Assembly (NCBI GenBank): GCA_965204375.1
Contig: OZ241986.1
Coordinates: 4,610,898-4,674,897 of the forward strand
DNA length: 64,000 nucleotides
Direction: 5' to 3'
Source: Candidatus Latescibacterota bacterium
GTDB lineage: Bacteria; Latescibacterota; UBA2968
Notes under the pieces: generated by a model
Databases searched by the model: none
Seen by the model: the letters and a program-made list of their open reading frames with translations, nothing else
What the model was told of the DNA's origin: nothing
Shown: one piece after another, positions 41,755 to 51,071 of the stretch
How the letters are laid out: each line of letters opens with the position of its first letter
Position numbering within the stretch: position 1 is the stretch's first letter
Made by a program: the position numbers and the translations under genes

Positions 41755-43044
41755 CTAAATATTATCAGGTACATCAAGCACGGCATCAAGCTGATCCATC
41801 ACTTTGTGAAACGCTTCGACGTAACAGGACATCAACTCGAAATCGTTGGGTGGGTTGACATCGAAGATATAACAGTGAGAATCAATGAATTCAACAGTTC
41901 GAGGATAATCCTTTGTCTTATATTCAACCGTCGACTGATTACATCGCCACGGACAGCCTATCCCGTAACCGATCCGATTCTGGAAAATCTTTTGAGACGG
42001 CACGGGGAGCCGTTGCCACTGTCCGGTCGGCACCCCCTCAGCGCGTAGTGCCGCTTGCACCTTCTCACGCAAGGTTCGTGCGGGAATATCCAACCCCAAT
42101 GCCTCTGGATCGAAACCGATAACATAGTTGTAATACACCGGTTCACACGCTTCTGGCGTAACAGGCGTTTCAATGCCGTCAATTTCATCCAGATGTTCGG
42201 TAAGATAGTGGCAATTCCTGATCCGCAGCGCGTTGTTCACATCAAGCCGTTTGAGCTGGCTACGGATGAACGCTTGACTGAACATATCCCCACGATACAT
42301 CCACCCAAGCCCGTAAGCATTGTACTCCTGTTCCTCGCGTTCCCTACCCGGCACGACGATTTCCCCGAAATACTGCAATAACGCTGCGCGTTTGTAGATT
42401 TGCTCATCATCCGTTGTGAACAAACCGCCTTGACACCCACTACTCAGCGTCTTTGAGGCTTGCGTGCTGTAACCCGCCGCATCGCCAAATGACCCACAAA
42501 GCTTGCCGTTATAATATGCCCCGTGTGCCTGAGCGACATCCTCAATAACTTTCAGGTCATGCTTCTTCGCAATCGCTAAAATCGGATCCATATCGGCGGG
42601 CATACCGTGGATATGAACCGGCATAATCGCACGTGTTCGCTCCGTGATTTTCGCTTCGATGTCGTTTGGGTCAATACAGTAGGTTATTGGGTCAATGTCA
42701 ACAAAGACGGGAATAGCGTTGTGATGGAGAACAGCCGCTGCCGTTGCCCAGAAAGTGAAGGCAGGGATAATGACCTCGTCACCCGGCTCAATGCCAACAC
42801 CTGCGACACACAGATGCAACGCAGCGGTTCCGCTGTTGACTGGGATGCAATACTGGACACCCATATATTCCGCCCATTCCTTCGCGAGACCTTCGGATTG
42901 GATCCGTTGCTGTTCCGTAATTTTTTCGGAGGCCATAACCTCGGCAATCGCGTCTTTGTCGGATGGGGTAACCTGTGGCCACGGCTGAATTAATCCATCA
43001 GGGACAGTCCCTTTACCACCATATATAGCGAGTTTTGCTGCCAT
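41755..43044 (-). CDS. DegT/DnrJ/EryC1/StrS family PLP-dependent aminotransferase
   Basis: 429 aa. It has IPVNSGTAALHLCVAGVGIEPGDEVIIPAFTFWATAAAV, a DVAQAHGA-type block and STQASKTLSSG (candidate PLP Lys). Confidence 0.85.
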   Translation of the reverse strand: MAAKLAIYGGKGTVPDGLIQPWPQVTPSDKDAIAEVMASEKITEQQRIQSEGLAKEWAEYMGVQYCIPVNSGTAALHLCVAGVGIEPGDEVIIPAFTFWATAAAVLHHNAIPVFVDIDPITYCIDPNDIEAKITERTRAIMPVHIHGMPADMDPILAIAKKHDLKVIEDVAQAHGAYYNGKLCGSFGDAAGYSTQASKTLSSGCQGGLFTTDDEQIYKRAALLQYFGEIVVPGREREEQEYNAYGLGWMYRGDMFSQAFIRSQLKRLDVNNALRIRNCHYLTEHLDEIDGIETPVTPEACEPVYYNYVIGFDPEALGLDIPARTLREKVQAALRAEGVPTGQWQRLPVPSQKIFQNRIGYGIGCPWRCNQSTVEYKTKDYPRTVEFIDSHCYIFDVNPPNDFELMSCYVEAFHKVMDQLDAVLDVPDNI

Positions 43045-43118
43045 GAGCGACCTCCTTATGCTCCTTTAGACCGCATAGAAATGGGGACGAGAACAAAAGA
43101 TACCGAATTAATTTACGG

Positions 43119-43293
43119 GCATTTACAGACATCAACAACCGTTAAAGAAGGGTCTATGGAGCGCGTAATCAGCCTGCTGGGTCTGGTGGTCATGATGGGT
43201 TTGGCCTAGGCTATGAGTGAGCATAAAAAGCAGGTGAGCCTTCGCGTGGTATGGAGCGGGCTGTTGTTGCAGTTTGTCCTTGCGGTATTCATT
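43119..43293 (+). pseudogene. Duplicated, inactivated 5' fragment of the nucleoside transporter gene (nupC')
   Basis: About 175 bp aligns by eye at roughly 90 percent identity with 38733-38908, including the upstream leader. The Shine-Dalgarno is degraded (aggagg to agaagg), codon 18 is TGG to TAG (43207-43209), and homology stops abruptly after ..ttcatt. Confidence 0.85.
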
Positions 43294-43428
43294 CCCGCAG
43301 ACAATATGCACCCCCCTCAATACACAGAAAGGCGTGCAAAGACAAAGAAATCGTGTTTGCGACGCATAAGTCCCACCTGATTGGCGGATATGATCGAGCA
43401 GCGGCTTATGAACCATAACCCCGAGGAT

Positions 43429-43488
43429 ATGGCGTTATTGGATACCAATATCCTGATTTATGGAGAATTTTGCAATGAACTGTTTTGA
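43429..43488 (+). pseudogene. Possible relic of a PIN-domain (VapC-like) toxin N-terminus
   Basis: A 19-codon ORF reads MALLDTNILIYGEFCNELF. LLDTNILIY is the classic PIN N-terminal acidic motif, but the ORF stops after 19 codons. Confidence 0.35.
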
Positions 43489-43723
43489 GTTGGATCAAGC
43501 ACAGCAACGGTTCCCTGAACTCGTGGAGCGAGCCAGACGCGGCGAGGATGTCATTATTACGGAACGCAATCAACCTGTGGTCAAATTTGTGGCTGTTGAG
43601 CAGGATGCAACTGCACCCGCAGTTCCAACGAAGCGACGGCGGCGGCCTGGAACTGCCAAAGGGCTTGTTCATATAAGCGATGATTTCGACGAACCGCTCG
43701 AAGATTTTCGGGAATATATGTAA
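43475..43723 (+). CDS. Phd/YefM-like type II antitoxin
   Basis: Track ORF 43460..43723. MNCFELDQAQQRFPELVERARRGEDVIITERNQPVVKFVAVE follows the Phd/YefM N-terminal pattern. Its stop overlaps the ATG of a PIN-like ORF by 1 nt. Confidence 0.6.
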   Translation: MNCFELDQAQQRFPELVERARRGEDVIITERNQPVVKFVAVEQDATAPAVPTKRRRRPGTAKGLVHISDDFDEPLEDFREYM

Positions 43724-43830
43724 TGCGCCTTTTACTCGATACGCACAGTTTTTTATGGTATATAGAAGACGATGAATTCAACAACTTTTTTACTCCAGTA
43801 ATATGCCTGTCTTGCGTATTATCTGCGTGA
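43723..43830 (+). pseudogene. Truncated PIN-domain (VapC-like) toxin
   Basis: My own translation gives MRLLLDTHSFLWYIEDDEFNNFFTPVICLSCVLSA then stop (35 codons). The first 17 residues match the common PIN toxin N-terminus, and the rest of the ~130-aa domain is absent. Confidence 0.55.
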
Positions 43831-43936
43831 TTTCTAAATAAAAAACGCTTGATTTTCGGGCGGGTTTTGGATAATCTTTGACTATATCATACAGCGATAT
43901 TCAGGCATTCAAAAACGTACCAAAAAAGGGATTGGC

Positions 43937-44209
43937 ATGGCAACGCTGGAAGAAATCAAAGACGAAATCGGAAAATTACAGGATGAACAAGTCAAACATG
44001 GCAATAGGCTGACAGAAGTAGAAACGCTGATAAGACCGATTTCTGGACAGTTAAACAGGATAGATGAGCGTCTGGCGTCAATCGAAAAAAGCCATTCTGA
44101 ATATAAAGGAATGGTCTTAGGCGTGAGATGGATTGTTGGTCTCTGTTTTATTGTTCTGACAGCATGTGGCGGTATTGCAGGTGCAGTAGTTAGTCACTTA
44201 TTACAATAA
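43937..44209 (+). CDS. Small coiled-coil protein with a C-terminal TM anchor (XhlA-like architecture)
   Basis: 90 aa with an N-terminal heptad-rich segment (LEEIKDEIGKLQDEQVKHGNRLTEVE...RLASIEK) and one C-terminal TM segment (WIVGLCFIVLTACGGIAGAVV). A strong terminator follows. Confidence 0.5.
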   Translation: MATLEEIKDEIGKLQDEQVKHGNRLTEVETLIRPISGQLNRIDERLASIEKSHSEYKGMVLGVRWIVGLCFIVLTACGGIAGAVVSHLLQ

Positions 44210-44267
44210 TTTATAGAACTGCTACAATCACTTCTTTAAAAGTGTCTATATCATATTGCAAACTGAT

Positions 44268-44305
44268 AAGAGCCGTGCTTACGCAAGCACGGCTCTTATT
44301 TTATT
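44268..44305 (+). terminator. Intrinsic terminator
   Basis: A perfect 13-bp stem pairs aagagccgtgctt with aagcacggctctt, with loop acgc, followed by attttatt. Confidence 0.75.
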
Positions 44306-44382
44306 AGTGACCACAGACCTTCCTTCGATGTTCTTTTAAGGTCAGAAAAAGTAATGTCCGCCAGAAGGTTGGGATATATAAA

Positions 44383-45678
44383 TCACCCATGCGCCCCCTT
44401 CACGCCAATCGGCCAATTAGGGGAGTCTATGCGCGCATCTTTCATATAGTTCTCAATTTCGGCGATCACATCCGGATGATCTGCTGCGACATCGTTTTCC
44501 TCGCCAATATCCCTGTCCAAATCGTATAACTCAAGCGGTTCGTCGAGCAACCGGGGCGACGGATTGCGCACGGCCTTCCAATTTTTCCAGCGCACAGCCT
44601 GTTTGAAACCCCCGCCAAAGCGCTCCCAGTACAAAAAGCGTTCTCCAATATCCTGTGATTCACCCAAAAGCGTCGGCAATATGCTCACGCCATCCATATT
44701 ATCTGGCGCGTCTGTGCCGATCACGTCTGCAACCGTAGGCATAAAATCGGTATAATACCACACCTGATCGCTCACAACACCTGCCGGAATACGAGCCGGC
44801 CAATGCACAATCATCGGCGTGCGCAAACCGCCTTCATACATCGTCCCTTTTTGCCCGCGCAAAGCACCACAACTGCCAAACGGTTCCCACCGGCGTGCGG
44901 CTCCATGGTCAGAACCAAAAAACAAAAGCGTATTATCCTTTATCCCCAGTTCGCGCAACAAATCCGCAATCTGTCCAACCTGTGTATCAATTTTTGTAAT
45001 CATCGCCGCATAAACTTTCTCATCATCCGTCCAGGGCTTATCATCCCAGGCACTCGCATCGGGGATTTCATATCTCCCGTGCGGCAATGTCCACGGCAAG
45101 TACAAAAAAAACGGACCATCGCTATTGTTGCGAATAAAGTCACAGGCAAAGTCAAAAATCATATCGTGAGAATAGTCGTTCTCCTGGCCATCCAGATTGC
45201 CTTTGAGAACAACCTTCTCTTCATTGTGCCACAAAAAAGGCGGATAATACGAATGCGCATTGCGCTGGTTGAGATAGCCAAACCATTCATCAAATCCCTT
45301 ACGGGTGGGAATACCCGTCGTATCGGGTTCACCCAATCCCCATTTGCCGGTTATCCCAGTGGTATATCCCGCCTCCTTGAGCATCTCGGCAACCGTAAAA
45401 TCCTCCGGCTCAAGCGGCACCCGTTTCTGATCTCCCACACCACCCACAATGCCCATATTGTCGCGCACCCTCGTGTGCCCACTGTGCAAACCCGTCATCA
45501 AAACCGAGCGAGATGGCGCACAGATAGAAGACCCGGTATAACACTGCGTGAACCGCATAGATTCCGACGCAAGCTGATCCAAGCGAGGGGTGGGAATAAC
45601 CTTTTGCCCATAACAACCCAGATCGCCATAGCCAATATCATCGCAGAGGATGAAGATAATGTTGGGCAATGACATCAT
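44383..45678 (-). CDS. Cys-type (formylglycine-dependent) arylsulfatase family protein
   Basis: 431 aa. It has LPNIIFILCDDIGYGDLGCYG and the canonical CAPSRSVLMTG motif. Confidence 0.9.
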   Translation of the reverse strand: MMSLPNIIFILCDDIGYGDLGCYGQKVIPTPRLDQLASESMRFTQCYTGSSICAPSRSVLMTGLHSGHTRVRDNMGIVGGVGDQKRVPLEPEDFTVAEMLKEAGYTTGITGKWGLGEPDTTGIPTRKGFDEWFGYLNQRNAHSYYPPFLWHNEEKVVLKGNLDGQENDYSHDMIFDFACDFIRNNSDGPFFLYLPWTLPHGRYEIPDASAWDDKPWTDDEKVYAAMITKIDTQVGQIADLLRELGIKDNTLLFFGSDHGAARRWEPFGSCGALRGQKGTMYEGGLRTPMIVHWPARIPAGVVSDQVWYYTDFMPTVADVIGTDAPDNMDGVSILPTLLGESQDIGERFLYWERFGGGFKQAVRWKNWKAVRNPSPRLLDEPLELYDLDRDIGEENDVAADHPDVIAEIENYMKDARIDSPNWPIGVKGAHG

Positions 45679-45693
45679 ATATTTTCCGATATC

Positions 45694-47604
45694 TTACTCT
45701 TTTACCAACGCCAATTTTTGAGCATAAACAGCCCGATCCTTTAACAGACGAACCGCCTCCTGAAACTGCTTGTCACCCTTTAGAGCCGCTAAAATTTTGC
45801 CATTAGTGCCCCACACGCGACTGGCCAATGCCCGTTCAATCTCCAGCCGGATATACGGCTCGGCTTTGTCATAATCGACTTCGCGCTCGCGCTCTGCAAC
45901 CTGTGACAATTGAGTGAGTGAGGTCGTAGCACTGTCTGTCAATACATCGTTCTCTTTAAGTGTTTCTTTGATCTCCTGCACCTTAATCTCTGTATCCGTT
46001 TGATATGAAAAACCACCGGAATTAGTTGAATCTGCCATGAAAGTCCAAAATTGATCGACAATATCTTCAGGCAATGTGTAGTCTTCAAATCGACTGGGGA
46101 ACGATTGCGTCGTTGCAAAATCAACCGCAAAATCAAAAATCAGGCCTGCGCGCAATAACGCCAGCACCAGCCGCGGCCTGCGCTCTTGTTGCACCACCAC
46201 ATCGGGTTTAATCCCACCGCCACCATAAACTTTGCGCTTATTCACGCGCGTTGTAAATACCTTTTCAGGATCGATATCTTCGGGTCCGTTATGCTCGCTG
46301 GAAGCCAAACCCAACAACCCTTCCAACCGCATTCCAAGAACCTCTTCTGCCAGGTAATTTTCCAGACCAAATCTTTCCTCCAGTTCTATAATAACATCTT
46401 CTCGCCGTTCAGCCTGACCAATAATGCCAAAGAGTTCATAGGCCGAGACCTTGATAGAATTTCCCACTGTAATCTCAATGGGACCGCCGCGATATCGACG
46501 CTTTTCAGCATTGTGAATGCTGCGCCCGCTCGGCGTATAATAGGCTGCTGTCGTCAACTTCAAAGCTTTATCGCCCTGACGACCCAATTGGCGCACGGTT
46601 TGTACAGAGCCTTTCCCAAATGTTTGCGTGCCCACAATCAAACCCCGATCCCAATCCTGAACTGCCCCTGCGACAATTTCTGATGCACTGGCACTGCGCT
46701 CGTCAACCAGGATCACAAGTGGAATATCGGCGGGTAATATGGGGTCGTACCGCGTTTTGTGACTGCGACTCTGTTCTGCAAGGCGACCTCTGGTTGACAC
46801 CACCAGATGATTGGATGGCAAAAACTTATCGACCACATCAACCGCTGCGTTGAGCAAACCGCCCGGATTGCCGCGCAGGTCCAGGATAATCCCCGTAGCA
46901 CCATTGTTGAGCGATTGGATCAATGCCCGTTGCAACTCCCTACCCGTGCGTTCAGTAAATCGAGAAGAACTGAGCCAGGACATGGAAATATACCCGATAT
47001 CGGGATCGACTTCGCCCGGAATTTGGACACTTGAAATGTCAATGCGCGCCCGAATAATTGGCTGATCAAATGGTTTCTCAAGGCCTGGTCGTTCAATCTT
47101 AATAGTCACGCCAGCACCTGGATCACCCCGCAAGGTACCGACAATTTCGCGCAGATCCTTGTCAAAAGTCGGATCTCCGTCAATGGCGATGATGCGATCT
47201 CCTACAACAAGCTTCGAGGTGTCCGCAGGCGTGCCTTCAATAACATTCATCACAACTGGAGGGCCTTCTTCCTTCCCCCGCTTGCTGATCATAATGCCCA
47301 GCCCACCAAATTTGCCCTGCGTTTCAATCTGGAGTTGTTTGAGGTCTCTGCTATCAAAAAAGGTGGTATAGGGATCCAGATCCCACAACATGCCGGAAAT
47401 GGCAGCCTTGCTTAAATCCTCTGCCTTTAGCTCATCGACATACTCGTTGAAGAGTAGCTGGTAGGCTTCGTTAATCGCCTCAAAGCCGCGCCCCAACTGT
47501 TTATAAGTGTCTTCGCCGGTCACCAACCGGGAATCAAGCACGAGATAAACACACAAAACACCAATTAAAGTTGTAAAAATGGCGAATCTTCTTCGGACAA
47601 ACAT
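45694..47604 (-). CDS. S41 family C-terminal processing peptidase with a PDZ domain
   Basis: Start at ATG 47604 (MFVRRRFAIFTTLIG), with GGAGG 6 nt upstream. The PDZ region reads VIEGTPADTSKLVVGDRIIAIDG. It also has ILDLRGNPGGLL, DERSASASEIVAGA and TFGKGSVQ. Confidence 0.9.
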   Translation of the reverse strand: MFVRRRFAIFTTLIGVLCVYLVLDSRLVTGEDTYKQLGRGFEAINEAYQLLFNEYVDELKAEDLSKAAISGMLWDLDPYTTFFDSRDLKQLQIETQGKFGGLGIMISKRGKEEGPPVVMNVIEGTPADTSKLVVGDRIIAIDGDPTFDKDLREIVGTLRGDPGAGVTIKIERPGLEKPFDQPIIRARIDISSVQIPGEVDPDIGYISMSWLSSSRFTERTGRELQRALIQSLNNGATGIILDLRGNPGGLLNAAVDVVDKFLPSNHLVVSTRGRLAEQSRSHKTRYDPILPADIPLVILVDERSASASEIVAGAVQDWDRGLIVGTQTFGKGSVQTVRQLGRQGDKALKLTTAAYYTPSGRSIHNAEKRRYRGGPIEITVGNSIKVSAYELFGIIGQAERREDVIIELEERFGLENYLAEEVLGMRLEGLLGLASSEHNGPEDIDPEKVFTTRVNKRKVYGGGGIKPDVVVQQERRPRLVLALLRAGLIFDFAVDFATTQSFPSRFEDYTLPEDIVDQFWTFMADSTNSGGFSYQTDTEIKVQEIKETLKENDVLTDSATTSLTQLSQVAEREREVDYDKAEPYIRLEIERALASRVWGTNGKILAALKGDKQFQEAVRLLKDRAVYAQKLALVKE

Positions 47605-47673
47605 GGGGCGCCTCCATGCGGTGTACAACTGCATCAGCAGTTCATTTTTGATAAACGGCAAGTTCAATCGCGA

Positions 47674-48303
47674 TTATTTCGTCCCCGACATTCGATCGAT
47701 AATCACCTTTTTAACATCTTCAAACACATCGCTTATGGGCTGAAAGCCATCAACCCTGAAAATGCGATCGGGTTCCAATTTGCATTCCGCGGCAAAACCC
47801 TGTCGAACCCTTTTGAAAAATGCTTCATCTTCCTTCTCAATGCGATCTGCCCCGGTTCCCCAACCGCGTTTTCGCGCAGTTTGTAAATCGACATCTAACC
47901 AGATCGTGACAGCTGGCATCAAACCACCCGTAGCCACATTTTGAATCATTCTCAGATCATTGAGATTCAAACCACGACCATAGCCCTGATAAGCCAGTGT
48001 GGAATCGACATACCGATCCGAAATCACCACTTTGCCTGCATCCAGCGATGGCCGAATCAATTCGTTGACATGCTGTGCGCGATCTGCTGCAAATAAAAAC
48101 ATCTCGGCAGTTGCATCAATCTCGCCCTGTGGTTTCCAGTCGAGTACCAGGTGGCGAATCTCTCCTCCAAGTTCTGTGCTGCCCGGCTCATAAGTAAACA
48201 CAACTTCGTGATCGCTACTCCGCAGATGATCAACCAACAATCTGGCCAGGGTACTCGTCCCACTTTTATCAATGCCTTCAAATGAAATAAAAAAACCCGA
48301 CAT
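47674..48303 (-). CDS. tmk: Thymidylate kinase
   Basis: 209 aa. It has FISFEGIDKSGTST, YEPGSTELGGEIR and DRYVDSTLAYQGYGRGL. Confidence 0.9.
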   Translation of the reverse strand: MSGFFISFEGIDKSGTSTLARLLVDHLRSSDHEVVFTYEPGSTELGGEIRHLVLDWKPQGEIDATAEMFLFAADRAQHVNELIRPSLDAGKVVISDRYVDSTLAYQGYGRGLNLNDLRMIQNVATGGLMPAVTIWLDVDLQTARKRGWGTGADRIEKEDEAFFKRVRQGFAAECKLEPDRIFRVDGFQPISDVFEDVKKVIIDRMSGTK

Positions 48304-48386
48304 TTGTTCCCAGTTTTTCTACAAAGAAAAAAAGAACCCGGCGATATGCCCCCGGGTTTTATCATCCAGTATTGGACAATCGGGCT

Positions 48387-48980
48387 CTATGATTTTGTCA
48401 GCTTTCGAAAGTGAATTACCCGCTCCATCGCAGTAAAATTTCCCAACAGAGCAATTGCCCAGACCACAACGATCAGACCAATATCCCCAATCAAAGGCAC
48501 GATCACCCCGCCAGCGCCGATGGCAATAACGCGTTCGGGCCGCTGCATAAATCCAACTTTGCACTCTGCCCCAAGACCCTCAATGCGCGCGCGCACATAA
48601 CTCACCATCAGAGATCCTGCCAGTGCAAAAAAGACTGCCGAGCTTGTCCAGAGATCATCAGCCCGTATAAAACTGATCGCAATGCCAAACCAGATGAAAA
48701 TTTCGGAATATCGATCAACAGTGGAATCGAGAAGCGCACCAAATTTGGACTCTGTCTTGCCTTTGCGCGCCACCTGCCCGTCGAGGAAATCAAAAACGCC
48801 CGCAACAAGCACCGTCAACCCGGCCCACATATACAATCCAAAGCCAAAGAGCACTGCGGCACCTATATTGAAAACAAACCCGATCATGGTCAACAAATCG
48901 GGCGTAAAGCGCTTTTCTACGAGAAATTCTGTAGATGGTGCCAAAATCTCGGCGACATCATCTTTAACTTTTTCAATCAC
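48387..48980 (-). CDS. CDP-alcohol phosphatidyltransferase family protein
   Basis: The signature D(x)2DG(x)2AR(x)8G(x)3D(x)3D reads as DFLDGQVARKGKTESKFGALLDSTVD. The track ORF extends to 49067. GTG 48980 gives a typical N-terminal length, but the start is uncertain. Confidence 0.75.
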   Translation of the reverse strand: MIEKVKDDVAEILAPSTEFLVEKRFTPDLLTMIGFVFNIGAAVLFGFGLYMWAGLTVLVAGVFDFLDGQVARKGKTESKFGALLDSTVDRYSEIFIWFGIAISFIRADDLWTSSAVFFALAGSLMVSYVRARIEGLGAECKVGFMQRPERVIAIGAGGVIVPLIGDIGLIVVVWAIALLGNFTAMERVIHFRKLTKS

Positions 48981-49144
48981 TGTAAACCCACAGAGAGTGA
49001 AGTTTCTGTTTGAATTTTCTAATGCTATAACAAATCCAAATATAGGCCAATTCTGTAGGTGTTGCAAGCGAAATATCCCTTCAAAACAGATGAAAAAACA
49101 ACCTGAACAGCCTGCTTTTCAGCGGTGGAAAACCCGAGAGATAA

Positions 49145-49251
49145 TGTGGAAAAGTGTGTGGATAACTTTTGACAAGTCGCGTAAATTTAGTACTTTTATT
49201 CAATAAAATCAACTACTTAAATTGTTGATAATATTATCCACTTTTCCACAC
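49145..49251. promoter_or_regulatory. Cluster of DnaA-box-like 9-mers in the promoter region of the CDP-alcohol transferase / tmk / protease operon
   Basis: TGTGGAAAA 49145-49153; TGTGGATAA 49157-49165 (a perfect complement of TTATCCACA); TTATCCACT 49234-49242; TTTCCACAC 49243-49251. Confidence 0.45.
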
Positions 49252-49293
49252 TCAATGCGATACGCCTTTGATTGCCTATCTCTCCACATCTGT

Positions 49294-49983
49294 CTATCGA
49301 AACACATCTATGCGCTTGATCACCACGGGTTTTAGAGGTCGATCCCCCGGCGCGGTTTCGACCATTGCAATACGATCAACCACATCCATTCCCTTTGTCA
49401 CTTCTCCAAAAGCAGTATATTGATTGTCCAAATTGGGTGAAGACCCATGCATAATAAAAAATTGTGACCCGGCACCAGCCGACACATCTGAAATGCGTGC
49501 CATAGAAAGAATACCCGGTACATGTTTTATGTCATTAAATTCATGAGGGATATGCACGAGCGGTCCCCCCATTCCATCATCAGACGGATCATCGTCCTTT
49601 GAATTGGGATCGCCCCCTTGAATCATGAAATTTTTAATTACGCGATGAAACTTGGTATTATCGTAAAATCCGCTTTCTGCTCTGGTGATAAAAGCCAAAC
49701 AATGAACAGGTGCTTTTTCGGGATGGAACTTCAATTCGATATCGCCCATATTTGTCGCGATACGCGCCTTCACGCCCCGAATCTGATTTACCAGAAATAG
49801 CATTCGGCCGCCGATTTCGCCCGCTCGCTTAATCTGATTTTGCGCCTTGTTCAAGGAGCTTTTCAACGATCGATTCTCATTGTTCAACTTCTCATTGGCT
49901 TGTTTTAAATCTTCCATTCCGCTACCTCCACAGCTCGCTATCGAAAGACATAATCCCAAAAAAACAAATCGTTTCATAGACAT
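49294..49983 (-). CDS. Cyclophilin-type peptidyl-prolyl cis-trans isomerase, lipoprotein
   Basis: Lipobox LSIASC follows MSMKRFVFLGLC, then a coiled-coil linker. The cyclophilin core reads GDIELKFHPEKAP, FHRVIKNFMIQGGDP and GSQFFI. Confidence 0.85.
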   Translation of the reverse strand: MSMKRFVFLGLCLSIASCGGSGMEDLKQANEKLNNENRSLKSSLNKAQNQIKRAGEIGGRMLFLVNQIRGVKARIATNMGDIELKFHPEKAPVHCLAFITRAESGFYDNTKFHRVIKNFMIQGGDPNSKDDDPSDDGMGGPLVHIPHEFNDIKHVPGILSMARISDVSAGAGSQFFIMHGSSPNLDNQYTAFGEVTKGMDVVDRIAMVETAPGDRPLKPVVIKRIDVFR

Positions 49984-50170
49984 TTCTCCTTACAAAAATA
50001 ATACCCCCCAAATCTCCCTTGACAGTGGTTCTTCTCCACGCTTTATTGTTCGCGCTATGATGATACAGGCGCAACACAACGCCGGTCAATCTCATTGCGC
50101 CTATCCGCGGGGCTGAAACACCGCCGCGCAGAACAACATAAACCTCCACATTCCCAAGGACAACATCATT

Positions 50171-51031
50171 ATGCGACTCGTTACATTTACGCACCAGGGA
50201 CAGTGTCGGCTCGGTGCCCGATCAGGCAATTCAATCATTGACCTCAGTGCTGCCGATCCCTCAATTCCATCCACCATGAAAGAATTTCTCGAAGCGGGCA
50301 ATAATGCCATTTCCAGGGCTCAAGCAGCGATTGATAGAGGAACGCCTGCTATTTCTGAAACCGATGTCACCATTCAGGCGCCCATCGACAATCCAGAAAA
50401 AATCATTTGCATAGGTCTCAACTACGCCGATCATGCCGCCGAGAGCGGTATGCCCATTCCCGACGAACCCATTGTCTTTTCCAAATATGCATCATCCATT
50501 ATTGGCCCCGATGAGAATATCGTGGCTCCCAGCGCGAGTTCCCAGGTTGACTACGAAGTCGAGCTTGTCGTCGTTATTGGCAAACGCGGTCGCAACATCT
50601 CGGAAGAAAATGCCCTCGACCACGTTGCAGGCTACATGGTTGGACACGACGTGAGTGCTCGTGATTACCAACTCGAAAAGCCAGGTGCACAATGGATGAT
50701 GGGCAAGACCTTTGACACATTTGCTCCAATAGGACCTGACCTGGTCACAACCGCCGATGTGCCCGATCCTCACAACCTGGGCATTCGTTGCATTCTCAAT
50801 GGCGAAACAGTACAGGATTCCAATACTTCTCAACTGATTTTCGGCGTACCCAAACTCATTGCTTATCTCGCACATGTATTCACGCTCGCCCCCGGAGATT
50901 TGATTTTTACCGGCACACCTCCCGGTGTGGGTATGGGACGCGAGCCACAACTCTGGCTCAAACACGGCGACCATGTGGTATGTGAAATTGATGGGTTAGG
51001 ACGACTCGAAAATCCAGTTATTGCAGATTGA
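50171..51031 (+). CDS. Fumarylacetoacetate hydrolase (FAH) family protein
   Basis: 286 aa. It has KIICIGLNYADHAAESG, EPIVFSK, DYEVELVVVIGK and GDLIFTGTPPGVG. Confidence 0.85.
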   Translation: MRLVTFTHQGQCRLGARSGNSIIDLSAADPSIPSTMKEFLEAGNNAISRAQAAIDRGTPAISETDVTIQAPIDNPEKIICIGLNYADHAAESGMPIPDEPIVFSKYASSIIGPDENIVAPSASSQVDYEVELVVVIGKRGRNISEENALDHVAGYMVGHDVSARDYQLEKPGAQWMMGKTFDTFAPIGPDLVTTADVPDPHNLGIRCILNGETVQDSNTSQLIFGVPKLIAYLAHVFTLAPGDLIFTGTPPGVGMGREPQLWLKHGDHVVCEIDGLGRLENPVIAD

Positions 51032-51071
51032 GATATCCCAGGGTAGGGGACCCGGTGTTTGGGGAAGAATA

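Noticed and set aside
44803-45672. 289-aa ORF antisense to the Cys-type sulfatase
   Set aside because: It has no motifs and a basic low-complexity composition. The opposite strand carries a canonical sulfatase with CAPSR.
48411-49013. 200-aa ORF antisense to the CDP-alcohol phosphatidyltransferase gene
   Set aside because: The opposite strand carries the complete D(x)2DG(x)2AR...D(x)3D signature, and the antisense ORF has no recognisable features.
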